Assembly: GCF_053078305.1 (NCBI RefSeq)
Contig: NZ_CP166879.1
Strand: one strand, 5' to 3'
DNA length: 64,000 bases
Below the pieces are notes generated by a model. That model did not search any database. It worked only from the letters and a program-made list of their open reading frames with translations, and was not told where the DNA came from. Positions 28,970 to 38,454 of the stretch are shown here, piece by piece (positions within the stretch are counted from its first letter, which is position 1; every line of letters begins with the position of its first letter). A program made the position numbers and the translations under genes.

Positions 28970-30937
28970 TCATGCCGCGGCGTCCGCGTTGTTCACTTCC
29001 ACCTTCACACTGTCAATCAGCAGCGTATATGTCGCCGCCTTTGATATGCCTGTCAGTTGCAGTTTGTCCGCCGCCCCTGATGCCGGAGATTTCACCAGTG
29101 TGAACGGTGTACCCCGTTTCTCATCCAGTACCGGCGTCACCTGAATGCTGTTGTTTCCGGCAAACTCAAAAGCCAGTGTGTGCCATCCGTTATCAAAGAC
29201 CCCGAACGTATCCAGCTTCGCATTCTGCTTCTTGTGGTACATCGCGTTCAGGTTCGTCGCATCCGTCTGCAGGAAGAAGGACATCAGCATGTCGTTGCCT
29301 TCCTCTGCCAGCGTCACTCCCTCCGGCAGGGACGACAACTGCCAGTAAATACCCAGGGCAAACTGATTCGGCACCAGTGCGCCCGGCACCTTAAACCGCA
29401 CGCTCACACGTCCGCCTTTCTTCAGCAACTCTGCCCCCTTCCCGGCGGCATCATGCTCCAGAAACCAGATGTGGCTTTCCGGTTTGTTCAGTTGCAGGGC
29501 CTTACCACCGGTGGCACCCTCATCACTGACCACGGCCTCAGCGATGTTTTTATCAACACTGTCTCCGCTCGCCGGTTTGTGATAATAGCGCCAGCCCTGT
29601 GATGCCAGGTCTTCACCGGACGCCAGCAGACTCATCAGGGTTCGGTTACTGACCGGGGCTTCCGGCTCTCTCTCCGGGCCTTCACCGGAAGGTCCGGTGG
29701 GCTTCACCGTATCAGGCTGTTTTCCGGTAATGAATTCAGCGGTTCTCCCGGCATGCACCAGAATCGCCGTTGCCAGACGGTCGGAAATAATCCCACGGCG
29801 AGCCCATGAACTGAAATGGCTGGCCCTGTCCACAGATGTCCAGGTCTTCTGGTCATTACGCCACTTTGAACCGTAATAACCGACGGCTTCCAGGTCCGGG
29901 TCTTCTGCCGGGTCATTGGTCTGCACATTCGCACCATTCTCATCCGTCATTAACGGTACAAAGAAAATGTTCTGCGACTCCTTACCCTTATACCCTCCGT
30001 ATACTGATGCATACCCTTCCGCATGACGCTGCTTCCAGAAATACGTTGTGTCCCCGCAAATCCACGGTACCGCTGATGCGCTGCCTCCTGTGCTCTGTGA
30101 TGCCTGACCGGCAAGCTCCGTTCTGAACTGATTCACCATCGCACTAAACAGCCCCGGATGCTGCGCATGCGTCCCCACTGCCGCATCACCTTCTCCCTGC
30201 ATCCACACCACCGCAAGCAGACGGTTTTTCGGGTTCTTCGCCAGTGCGGCTTTAGTCCGGCTCACCAAATCCTGATACAGCGGCTTACCCACACCCCAGC
30301 GCAGTGAATTTTCCGATGCACCGGCTGATTCGTTGTATGTGCCGTCTGCACCCGTTGTGAATGCCGAAGCACCACGGCAGCACGGAACCAGCAGAATGCC
30401 CGCATTCGCCGGTATAAACGGCAGCAGTTTTTTGGCGATATGCAGCCCCTGCCCCACGGTTCCGTACTGCCCCTTTGACAGGTCCGCTTTCGGATGGTTA
30501 AGACGGCTCATGTCCTGCACATCATGCAGACAATGGTCCGCCGGAATAATGTCGTTATACTTACAGGCGGCACCGCCCGGTGTCACCGTACTGCGACGCG
30601 CCAGCTGCTTAATACGCGGGTCCGGACGGTCATATGTCTCCGGCAGCGGAAGGCCTTCACCATACGACATGCCGTTTGACTGCCCTGCCAGAACCACAAC
30701 AAAGTAATACTCCGGGTCGCTGGTGGCGCTGATTACTGTGCCTTCTCCATCCGACGGCTTCACCACCACAGGTGTGGTGACATCACCTTCCGCCGCAATG
30801 GCCTGCATCAGGGTATAAGGCGTGATGGCCACCGGGCTGCCAAATGGCTGCCACCCCTCCTTCAGTTTTTGAGTCAGTCGCTCCGCAAGGTCTGACGGCG
30901 ACGCCGCCCTGACCACGTCATAGTGTTTAAATGCCAT
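28970..30937 (-). CDS. NanS-p-type sialate O-acetylesterase (SGNH/DUF303 with C-terminal lectin-like domain)
   Basis: 655 aa; VVLAGQSNGMSYG motif; position between the toxin slot and the holin as in Stx prophages. Confidence 0.8.
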   Translation of the reverse strand: MAFKHYDVVRAASPSDLAERLTQKLKEGWQPFGSPVAITPYTLMQAIAAEGDVTTPVVVKPSDGEGTVISATSDPEYYFVVVLAGQSNGMSYGEGLPLPETYDRPDPRIKQLARRSTVTPGGAACKYNDIIPADHCLHDVQDMSRLNHPKADLSKGQYGTVGQGLHIAKKLLPFIPANAGILLVPCCRGASAFTTGADGTYNESAGASENSLRWGVGKPLYQDLVSRTKAALAKNPKNRLLAVVWMQGEGDAAVGTHAQHPGLFSAMVNQFRTELAGQASQSTGGSASAVPWICGDTTYFWKQRHAEGYASVYGGYKGKESQNIFFVPLMTDENGANVQTNDPAEDPDLEAVGYYGSKWRNDQKTWTSVDRASHFSSWARRGIISDRLATAILVHAGRTAEFITGKQPDTVKPTGPSGEGPEREPEAPVSNRTLMSLLASGEDLASQGWRYYHKPASGDSVDKNIAEAVVSDEGATGGKALQLNKPESHIWFLEHDAAGKGAELLKKGGRVSVRFKVPGALVPNQFALGIYWQLSSLPEGVTLAEEGNDMLMSFFLQTDATNLNAMYHKKQNAKLDTFGVFDNGWHTLAFEFAGNNSIQVTPVLDEKRGTPFTLVKSPASGAADKLQLTGISKAATYTLLIDSVKVEVNNADAAA

Positions 30938-31149
30938 GAATCCTCCCGGTCGGGATAATGTTGTGAGTCAGATAAGGGGCGGGCTGAAGTCCGGAAGTTA
31001 CAGGACAATGACAGAAGGAAGACTACAGCCCGCAATACGAAAAAGGCCGCGCAGTTGCGCAGAGTGATTACTGTCGGGTATTATTCGCCAGCTGAAAAAT
31101 TGATTACTTCACGTTTTGTTGTTTATTCCTTGCTGCCCGCATCTCACCA

Positions 31150-31960
31150 TGCGGGCTTTTTTTATCCATAAGAAAGCCCCTCCGGAGAGGGGCTGGAGTA
31201 GCGCTATGTACCGTTCATTGCATGATGCCGGGTGCCTCCCGGTGAGTTCAGCCCGGTGCCACCGAACCCGCGTCATTCTCGCTAACGATCATCAGAGACC
31301 ATACCGTACACCAGCCGCCCCTCCGCACAGGGGGATTCATCATGCAGAAATTTTTTAACAAATTCTCAGTCGGGAAGACAACCTTCAACTGACTGAATTG
31401 TGAGCAACATAGCATTTAACGGGGAACCTGTTTTCTGCAGTAAAAAGGCCCACCGGAGCGGACGGGCCTGGAAGGATAGCGGTCATGTGATGCCGGTTTC
31501 CCGGTAACTCAGCACCGGTATCTGAGTCAACGTTTTCTCTACTGGGTCATTTCCGATACGCCCTGCCTGCTGACAGGCTTTCATCACATCTGAAAATATA
31601 GCACCCTGACTGATACTGTAGTACCCAAGGTTCCAGAAACTGTGATGTATCCGGCACAGAAAAGCCCCTCCGGAGAGGGGCTGACGCTGCGTATCTGTAT
31701 CATCATGCGCATGGTGCCGGGTGCCTCCCGGTGAGTTCAGTATCAGCACCTGAACCCGCACAGAAAGGATAAGGGATGTAACCAAACACCTGTCGCTGAT
31801 ATGCCCCTCCGCTCAGGGGGATTCACCATGCCAGTTTCTTTTAACAAACTCCCCGCAAATCAGACAACTGTCAACCGTCTGAATTGTGAGACATTTAAAA
31901 TTTTCGGGGCAACAGGAAGACAATCATCACGACACCGGCAACCAGCGACCGGCACCAGAT
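31150..31960. repeat. Two diverged copies (~490-bp spacing) of a structured non-coding element
   Basis: Shared segments AAGCCCCTCCGGAGAGGGGCT, TGCCGGGTGCCTCCCGGTGAGTTCAG, CCCCTCCGCxCAGGGGGATTCA, CTGAATTGTGAG at ~31174/31664, 31223/31713, 31317/31804, 31394/31879. Confidence 0.6.
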
Positions 31961-32956
31961 TTAACGTATGTGCACACAACCTGAACCGGCATCAAAAAAC
32001 AAACCGTGCACTGACAGAAAACGGGAAACCTCCGTCCGCTGATCATCACTCATTAAGGACCACACAAAGGCGTTATGCTCATCTTCAAGTTTCCGTCTTC
32101 TTGTTTGCCTTACAAGCAACTCAGCCGTCACCTGTACAATGTCAATGACCTCCTTCTCTTCAGCAATGTACGGCCTGTTCCAGTTGTCTGTGTTAATCTT
32201 CTCCGTCACCGGCGCTGACTTTTTGCAAGTTTCCCCATTAAACCCGACGCCATAAACAACAACATCATCGCTTTGCTTTTCGTTATCAATAATGACGAAT
32301 AATACAGAAACCGATGTATCAGCGAACCCGCCTGAAATCTGAACCAACTCAACAACGCGGTTGCCAAAATACTGACGCATTGCCAGCTCACCACGCCTGT
32401 AACCAACCCCGGGAAAGCACAAAAAAAATGAAAATCTTGCCTTCATGCTCGCCAGAACATAAAACGCGTCATCCAGAACACCGGAGGTCTTTTTATAAGG
32501 CATCATCGCTGAAATCTTCTCCCTGATATCCGCGCTCTGTGCTTTGTACTGTAGCGAAAAAGGCGGATTCATGATGACACAATCGAACGTGTCCGTGTCA
32601 CTGACATCATCGATGGCGTTGAAGAAATTTTCATTGACCGTCTTCACTGTGGCATCCGGGAAATTATCCGGGATATGCACCAACGGAGAGGCCTGTATAT
32701 CCACAGCATACAGACTTCCCACCGTGAGAAACTGCTCCAGTTGCCCGGAGCCACACGCACCATCAAAAATACTCAGGGGCAGATCACCACAATATTCCCG
32801 CACTTTTTCAGCGACAAACCGACGCAAAGGAACGGACGTGATGTACTCTGCGTATTTTCTGGCGACATCGCGATTATTGGACTCCTGAAAAACCATTTGT
32901 GAAAGGCTCTGTGGTTGATATGCGCCGGGCGTGGCGCGGAGGCAAAAAAGGCCCAC
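31961..32956 (-). CDS. DNA N6-adenine methyltransferase, gamma-like motif order (orphan)
   Basis: FDGACGSGQL (motif I) followed by VIMNPPF (motif IV); start may be internal at ~32896. Confidence 0.7.
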   Translation of the reverse strand: MGLFCLRATPGAYQPQSLSQMVFQESNNRDVARKYAEYITSVPLRRFVAEKVREYCGDLPLSIFDGACGSGQLEQFLTVGSLYAVDIQASPLVHIPDNFPDATVKTVNENFFNAIDDVSDTDTFDCVIMNPPFSLQYKAQSADIREKISAMMPYKKTSGVLDDAFYVLASMKARFSFFLCFPGVGYRRGELAMRQYFGNRVVELVQISGGFADTSVSVLFVIIDNEKQSDDVVVYGVGFNGETCKKSAPVTEKINTDNWNRPYIAEEKEVIDIVQVTAELLVRQTRRRKLEDEHNAFVWSLMSDDQRTEVSRFLSVHGLFFDAGSGCVHIR

Positions 32957-32981
32957 AAAAGCGAGCCAGGAAAAATAAGTG

Positions 32982-33058
32982 TGGTGCGTTGTACTGGATT
33001 CGAACCAGTGACCGATTGCTTAGAAGGCAATTGCTCTGTCCGGCTGAGCTAACAACGC
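32982..33058 (-). tRNA. argO: tRNA-Arg (anticodon TCT), argO-like
   Basis: Cloverleaf read by eye; anticodon loop CTTCTAA; GGTTCGAATCC T-arm; CCA end. Confidence 0.8.
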
Positions 33059-33071
33059 AGTGTACAGATAA

Positions 33072-33148
33072 TGGACCGCCATCGAGGACTCGAACCCCGC
33101 GCAACCAGCTTCGAAGGCTGGCGCTCTATCCCGATGAGCTAATGGCGG
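33072..33148 (-). tRNA. argN: tRNA-Arg (anticodon TCG), argN-like
   Basis: Anticodon loop CTTCGAA; GGTTCGAGTCC T-arm. Confidence 0.75.
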
Positions 33149-33155
33149 TATGTGA

Positions 33156-33231
33156 TGGTGGCCCTTGCTGGATTTGAACCAGCGACCTGGCGATTATGAG
33201 TCGCTCGCTCTCACCACTGAGCTAAAGGGCC
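33156..33231 (-). tRNA. ileZ: tRNA with CAT anticodon, ileX-like (tRNA-Ile2), ileZ-like
   Basis: GGCCCTTTAGCTCAGTGG...GACTCATAATCGC...GGTTCAAATCC...CCA; close to E. coli ileX. Confidence 0.75.
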
Positions 33232-33271
33232 GGGCGCAGGATAATAACGGTACGTAACTAATCCTGCAATA

Positions 33272-34330
33272 TCATCCGTTCTGACTGGCTAAATCCTGAA
33301 CTTCCCTGACCGTCTGCTCAAAACGTTCAGTCTCCAGCTCAACGCCAGTTGCACGACGCCCCAGCGCCATCGCTGCTTTGACTGTCGAACCCGACCCCAT
33401 GAAAAAATCTGCAACCAGGTCACCCGGACGACTGCTCGCGCTGATTATCTGCTGCAGCATTTCTGCCGGTTTTTCGCACGGATGTTTCCCGGGATAGTAC
33501 TGCACCGGTTTATGCGTCCACACATCGGTGTACGGCACCTGCGCCGTCACGCCAAAATACCGCCGCAGATGCTTATATTCACTCTGCAGTTCCGTATAGT
33601 GTCGGTTCAGTTCACTGTATGTGCTGACCAGTTGGTGATGTGGCTTTTCCAGTTCTCCGCGCTGATGCTTCTCTTCTGCCACCCGGGCAAACAGCGCCTG
33701 TAATTTCAGATAATCGCTTTCGTCCGGTAGCTGCCACTGACTGGCACTGAACCAGTGCGACACCATGTTTTTCTTTCCTGTGGCATCAGCAATCTGTTTT
33801 GCCGTTATCCCCAGGGCAGCACGTGCATCACGAAAGTAAGCAATCAGCGGGGCCATCACATGCTGTTTCAGTGCCCTGCCCTTCGCCTCATACCCGGCAT
33901 CTTTCGGACGATACGGCCCCTGATAATGTTCCGCGAACAGAATGCGCTCTGTGGCGGGGAAATACGCCCTCAGGCTTTCCTTGTTGCACCCGTTCCAGCG
34001 TCCGGACGGCTTCGCCCAGATAATATGGTTCAGCACACTGAAGCGTTCACGCATCATGATTTCAATGTCAGATGCCAGGCGATGGCCACAGAACAGGTAA
34101 AGACTTCCGGCAGGTTTCAGCACCCGCCAGAACTGCGCCAGACACTGGTCCAGCCACTTCAGGTAATCATCGTCGCCCTTCCACTGGTTATCCCAGCCCT
34201 CAGGCTTCACTTTAAAGTACGGCGGGTCCGTGACTATCAGGTCAACAGAATTTTCGGGTAACGACCGGATAAATTCCAGGCAGTCGGCGTTGATTAACTC
34301 ACAACTGGATATTTTTACAGTATTAAGCAT
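33272..34330 (-). CDS. DNA methyltransferase, beta-class (N6-adenine or N4-cytosine), orphan
   Basis: 352 aa; DPPY (motif IV) near N-terminus, FFMGSGST (motif I) near C-terminus. Confidence 0.85.
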   Translation of the reverse strand: MLNTVKISSCELINADCLEFIRSLPENSVDLIVTDPPYFKVKPEGWDNQWKGDDDYLKWLDQCLAQFWRVLKPAGSLYLFCGHRLASDIEIMMRERFSVLNHIIWAKPSGRWNGCNKESLRAYFPATERILFAEHYQGPYRPKDAGYEAKGRALKQHVMAPLIAYFRDARAALGITAKQIADATGKKNMVSHWFSASQWQLPDESDYLKLQALFARVAEEKHQRGELEKPHHQLVSTYSELNRHYTELQSEYKHLRRYFGVTAQVPYTDVWTHKPVQYYPGKHPCEKPAEMLQQIISASSRPGDLVADFFMGSGSTVKAAMALGRRATGVELETERFEQTVREVQDLASQNG

Positions 34331-34480
34331 GGATCATTAAGCCTGTCTCTGATAGGCTCATTCTGCTTTTGCGCAAAGCAGTGGGCCTGAGGTTTGCTTG
34401 TGATCCGGACGCATGAGCAGATGGCTGGTGAGTGCCCCTAACACCCACCAGCCGCCCATTTACCACAAATAAAAAAGCCT

Positions 34481-34678
34481 TCAGGACTGAAGGCGTCTGT
34501 AACAACCGAACTGATAGTCTGCCAGACCCGCCATAACAAGCTGGGTCAGTATTAACTGGCAGCGTTCACGTGAAAGATAAGTATTCTGCGCAATCTCCCC
34601 GACTGTCGCCGGTTCGGTGGCACTTAATTCATTAAACACCACTCTGGCGGTTTCTGTCATATCCTGCTGTTTCAGCAT
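34481..34678 (-). CDS. Small hypothetical protein (possible DNA-binding)
   Basis: Internal start MLKQQDMTETARVVFNELSATEPATVGEIAQNTYLSRERCQLILTQL... Confidence 0.3.
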   Translation of the reverse strand: MLKQQDMTETARVVFNELSATEPATVGEIAQNTYLSRERCQLILTQLVMAGLADYQFGCYRRLQS

Positions 34679-34801
34679 GTCTTTTTCCCTTTTCCGGTTA
34701 ACGTGACACACCAATAACTCTTGTCAAAAAAGCCAGCAAGCTGAAAGACCGGTATTCACCACCACCAGCGCGTTTACTGTACTGACGAGATTTTCGGACA
34801 T

Positions 34802-34826
34802 AAAAAAAACCACCTGGCGGTGGTTT
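34802..34826 (-). terminator. tR-prime-like intrinsic terminator downstream of Q
   Basis: Minus strand CCACC-GCCA-GGTGG followed by T8. Confidence 0.6.
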
Positions 34827-34837
34827 TTTCTTACTTT

Positions 34838-34885
34838 GCCATCGCGTACAAAATCGGCAAAATATCAGATTTATACGAAACATAC
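34838..34885 (-). promoter_or_regulatory. Candidate late promoter pR-prime
   Basis: Minus strand TTGCAA, 17 nt spacer, TATGTT between Q stop and the terminator. Confidence 0.35.
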
Positions 34886-34890
34886 GCGAT

Positions 34891-35580
34891 TTAATTGACT
34901 TTTGCAATATCTCGTCGTGAAAAGGTCGCTTTTTGTTGCGCTCTTATTTTCACGGAGCAAATCAAGGATTCTCTATCGAGGCGCTTAAAAATATCGCACA
35001 TCTCACGCCAGTAGTTCGCATAATTATGGCTCCAGTTATCAGGCTTAACTCCACACAGTCTGGCAAGCTCCTGTCTCTGGTAGACCTCACACCCGGTAAC
35101 CCATCCTCTGACATCCTGTGCCGCCAGCCAGATCAACTTCTTCACACGCTCCAGCGTTTTCACTGCAATTTTTCTGGAGCCGGACTGAGTTTTAAATTCA
35201 CTCCACACCCACTGTGTTATGGTGACCTGATCTTCCCAGCAAACATTTCCACTGTAGCACCACAGTAACCACGCCTTCTGATGTTCTTCCAGTTCCAGAA
35301 CGGCACGCCGCCACGATGATGTTGCAAACTCAACCGGACTGACCAGAGCAATTGACGTCCCTTTCGCCAGTGATTGTTTGCCCGGGATCGGTGGATTATC
35401 CCGCGTGATCATTTTTCCGGTTACCTCATCGCGGTAACGAATTTTTTTACGTCTGTAACGCCCTGTATCGAACAGGGCATTTTCCTGCCAGGCTTCCAGC
35501 TGGCCTTTTGTCGACCCACTGAGATCCGCAGTGGCAATCATGAGTTGCTCACGAACAAACTGTAAATACTGGCTATTCAT
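34891..35580 (-). CDS. Late-gene antiterminator Q-like protein
   Basis: 229 aa at the Q position (downstream of rusA, upstream of promoter/terminator pair); Cys-containing; family not verified. Confidence 0.5.
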   Translation of the reverse strand: MNSQYLQFVREQLMIATADLSGSTKGQLEAWQENALFDTGRYRRKKIRYRDEVTGKMITRDNPPIPGKQSLAKGTSIALVSPVEFATSSWRRAVLELEEHQKAWLLWCYSGNVCWEDQVTITQWVWSEFKTQSGSRKIAVKTLERVKKLIWLAAQDVRGWVTGCEVYQRQELARLCGVKPDNWSHNYANYWREMCDIFKRLDRESLICSVKIRAQQKATFSRRDIAKVN

Positions 35581-35935
35581 GCACACCCACCTCTGTAATT
35601 CTTATCTCCAGCCGTCCACCAGATACTGGCTGGCCACGTACAATATTGATTTCATCAAACTGCTCATCGTCCATTAACAACCCCGCGTGCGTCAGCGCAT
35701 CCAGCGGTGCTTTCAGAATATTGTCCAGGTCACGGCGGCGCTTATCCGGTGGCTCTGCAATAATTTTTATTGCCAGCCGTCCGGACAGGCTTAATTTCAG
35801 TCGCTGCTGGCGAACAATAAGCGCCACTGCCCGGCGATAACGCTCCCCGGCTTTTGATACAAAATATGTGCTGCCACGGCGTCGCCAGTAAGTGTTCACC
35901 GTCGGCGGGTAAGGTAAAACCAAATCTATGAGCAT
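35573..35935 (-). CDS. rusA: Holliday junction resolvase RusA
   Basis: 120 aa; ...DKRRRDLDNILKAPLDALTHAGLLMDDEQ...GGRLEIRITE. Confidence 0.9.
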   Translation of the reverse strand: MLIDLVLPYPPTVNTYWRRRGSTYFVSKAGERYRRAVALIVRQQRLKLSLSGRLAIKIIAEPPDKRRRDLDNILKAPLDALTHAGLLMDDEQFDEINIVRGQPVSGGRLEIRITEVGVHE

Positions 35936-35947
35936 CAGTCACCTCTT

Positions 35948-36997
35948 TTACCCGAGCACGCCAGTCGCAAAGGCGTGATCAAGAAAACGAAAAATTAACT
36001 CAATCTGAGAGCCGTACTTTTTCTCAAACTCCAGCGGGTCTGCATGAAGTTCGTTGTGGTGCTCCCGGCACAACGGTAGCGTGAAAATATCGTGGGCCTT
36101 TGTCCCCATTCCCCCCTGACCATGACCAATCAGGTGATGCGGATCGTCAGCAGGCTTACCACAACACGCACACGGCTGTGTCTTTACCCAGCGCGTGTAT
36201 TTCTCATTAACCCAACGGCGACGTTTAGGCCGCCTCATGAACGATTCAGGAGACTCCGGATCAACGGCGATACTGACAACCGTTTTTTTCTGTGGTGGAT
36301 TTTGTTGCTGGTGGACGTGAAGTGGCAGCGCAATATTTTTTGTGCGCTGCTTCAGTATGCTGATGGCTGTCTGTTCTCCCGGTACGATGTCACTCTCACG
36401 GTATACGGAGCGGATTTTTTCCGCTGGTAATCCCAGCGAACGACGCGCTACTGCCTCAGGTAGTGCATCCACCACCTGATTGCAGGCCGCCCACCAGGAT
36501 AATTCGGCCAGCGATAACTCCCTCTCCTGCGTGCCGCTTATTGCGTGACGGATGACGTCAATCATCCAGGCAACCAGATTCTGCTGAGCAAGTTGATCGA
36601 GTGATTCTGATGTCTGGTCGCGCAGCTGGTTGTCACAGTGCCAGCACAACACCATCGCGCCGGTACCGTAACGGTGAATGACGGTTTCGCTGTGATGATA
36701 ATCGCCGTGTGGCCACTGGCAGGATTTCACGTGACGTAATAACCAGTCAGACAGTGCACCTGCACCACCCGCAGCACGAATCACCCGTTCGTTGCTGAAA
36801 AATGGCAGTAATGTTTTATCCTCTGCCAGCGGCTGTCGAACGGCGGGAACGACTCCGGACGGCAGACCGCGCATGTTTTTCGGTTCCGGCTCCACCAATA
36901 TTCTGCCGTTATGGAATGCTGACATTGATTCACGGCCCGGCTTAAGGAGCACCATCCCGAGTTCCGGTACCAGAACAGGTCGAAGTAATACCCGCAC
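35948..36997 (-). CDS. DUF968-like phage protein with C-terminal HNH-like Cys/His motif
   Basis: 349 aa; ...CACCGKPADDPHHLIGHGQGGMGTKAHD...CREHHNELH. Confidence 0.55.
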   Translation of the reverse strand: MRVLLRPVLVPELGMVLLKPGRESMSAFHNGRILVEPEPKNMRGLPSGVVPAVRQPLAEDKTLLPFFSNERVIRAAGGAGALSDWLLRHVKSCQWPHGDYHHSETVIHRYGTGAMVLCWHCDNQLRDQTSESLDQLAQQNLVAWMIDVIRHAISGTQERELSLAELSWWAACNQVVDALPEAVARRSLGLPAEKIRSVYRESDIVPGEQTAISILKQRTKNIALPLHVHQQQNPPQKKTVVSIAVDPESPESFMRRPKRRRWVNEKYTRWVKTQPCACCGKPADDPHHLIGHGQGGMGTKAHDIFTLPLCREHHNELHADPLEFEKKYGSQIELIFRFLDHAFATGVLG

Positions 36998-36998
36998 G

Positions 36999-37268
36999 TT
37001 ACCTCCAGATGCGCTGCTGGAATGTGCGGGACGGACGCGGTGGGCGTTCGGAATAAGGGAGCCTGACGGAGATTATCCAGTGACGACGATCGAAGCTGAG
37101 ATCTTTCTGAAACTCGTAACCACGTCTGCGGTAGCACTGGATCAGCCATTCGGCCTGTTCTTCAGTGCATGGGGGATGCTGGTACCAGTCGGTTTTAAAT
37201 ACGTGCGAACGCCGCCCTTGCCTACTGGCAAGGGCGGCAGAATTGTGCAATCTGGTATCGTGCGCCAT
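36999..37268 (-). CDS. Hypothetical nin-region protein
   Basis: Track ORF; no family recognised. Confidence 0.3.
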   Translation of the reverse strand: MAHDTRLHNSAALASRQGRRSHVFKTDWYQHPPCTEEQAEWLIQCYRRRGYEFQKDLSFDRRHWIISVRLPYSERPPRPSRTFQQRIWR

Positions 37269-37321
37269 CGGGATCTCCGGTGGCACGGTGTTTCTCAGCG
37301 ACGGTTCAAGTCAGCCTGATT

Positions 37322-37594
37322 TTATAGCTGCTTCTGAATATCATCAACAGGTAATCCTGCCAACTCTCTTACCTCAGAAAGAAGAGAAAGGCTTACAACA
37401 ACCTCATTACTTCGCATAACAAAACCACATTGAAAAGAACCATCACTGTTTCTGTAAACAACAACCGGGCGCGTGCTCTCATAAAACCCCGGGATCAAAC
37501 TGGCTGGGATTTTCACAACACCTCCTGACGTAAAGGAAATGAAATGCATTATCGCTTCTCTCGGACTATAACCATGAAAAGAGACGCATTTCAC
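37322..37594 (-). CDS. Hypothetical nin-region protein
   Basis: Track ORF; no family recognised. Confidence 0.3.
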   Translation of the reverse strand: MKCVSFHGYSPREAIMHFISFTSGGVVKIPASLIPGFYESTRPVVVYRNSDGSFQCGFVMRSNEVVVSLSLLSEVRELAGLPVDDIQKQL

Positions 37595-37772
37595 TCAGTA
37601 AATCTGAGGATTTTATGCGCAAAAACAATGACTTTTTCTGTCTGCCGTTTATACAATCTGAATTACGTCTGTTTTTTGAACAACGATAAATCAGCAAACA
37701 TTCTCAAATAAAGATTGCCTCCATAGTCCACATGGTGTAACACTATGTGTTATATAAAATGCAGAGGCAGGT

Positions 37773-38144
37773 ATGCGAATTTTCAAAAACGCCTGGTTTG
37801 AACGTTTCGCCCGAAAACATCGGATTTCCGATAAATCGCTGCGCGAAATCGTGGAGCAGGCCGATAAGGGGATCATATCCGCAAATTTGGGTAGTGGTGT
37901 CATTAAACAAAGATTAGCCCGAAGTGGTGGCGGAAAATCAGGCGGTTACCGGACAATAATTTTTTACCGCGTTGCAGAAAAAGCCTTTTTCATCTACGCA
38001 TACGCAAAGAATGAACGAGAGAATATCACCGCTATAGAGGAAAATGCTTTTCGAAAAGCCGCTCCCCATGTCCTCAATCTTACTGATGAACAGCTGGCAC
38101 AATTGATTCTACAAGGCCAGTTCACGGAGGTACCCAATGAGTAA
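37773..38144 (+). CDS. Type II toxin, Gp49/RelE-like (DUF891-like)
   Basis: 123 aa; ...GGYRTIIFYRVAEKAFFIYAYAKNERENITAIEE...; 8-nt overlap with downstream HTH gene. Confidence 0.6.
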   Translation: MRIFKNAWFERFARKHRISDKSLREIVEQADKGIISANLGSGVIKQRLARSGGGKSGGYRTIIFYRVAEKAFFIYAYAKNERENITAIEENAFRKAAPHVLNLTDEQLAQLILQGQFTEVPNE

Positions 38145-38454
38145 AAATTACCGCAGTGATGCACTTGCATCTGTACATGAAATGATGGAGTCACTCCATG
38201 ATATCGGTGCAATCACAAAACAAACTATGCGCGAATTCGATGAAACTTGTCTTCAGCCTGCGCCGGTAATGTCTCCAGAAAGGATCCGTGCACTGCGAGA
38301 ACGAGAGCATCTGTCTCAACCTGTTTTTGCCAGATACCTCAACGTCAGTAAAAACCTGATATCAGACTGGGAACGAGGAGTGAAACGCCCGGGAGGTGCA
38401 GCTCTTCGGCTTCTTTCAGTTGTCGAGAAAAACGGGATCCAGGTAATATCCTGA
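38137..38454 (+). CDS. XRE-family HTH antitoxin / regulator
   Basis: 105 aa; ...LREREHLSQPVFARYLNVSKNLISDWERGVKRP... helix-turn-helix. Confidence 0.6.
   Translation: MSKNYRSDALASVHEMMESLHDIGAITKQTMREFDETCLQPAPVMSPERIRALREREHLSQPVFARYLNVSKNLISDWERGVKRPGGAALRLLSVVEKNGIQVIS

Noticed and set aside
31801-32148. 115-aa plus-strand ORF preceded by a GGGGGA SD-like sequence
   Set aside because: Strongly basic and low complexity, antisense to the 3' end of the methyltransferase; the SD-like sequence is part of the duplicated structured element rather than a convincing gene start
28970-33271. Expected stxA/stxB given the Q - tRNA trio - NanS-p - S21 lysis architecture
   Set aside because: No ORF in any frame resembles Stx A or B subunits; the slot holds a methyltransferase and non-coding repeats instead, so the prophage is called stx-negative
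34891-35586. Apparent 1-nt frame discrepancies when reading lines by eye against the ORF track (for example at the A-run at 34920/34921 and near 8940/8941)
   Set aside because: Most likely my misreading of homopolymer length; the ORF track was computed from the sequence, so these are not reported as frameshifts and coordinates follow the track
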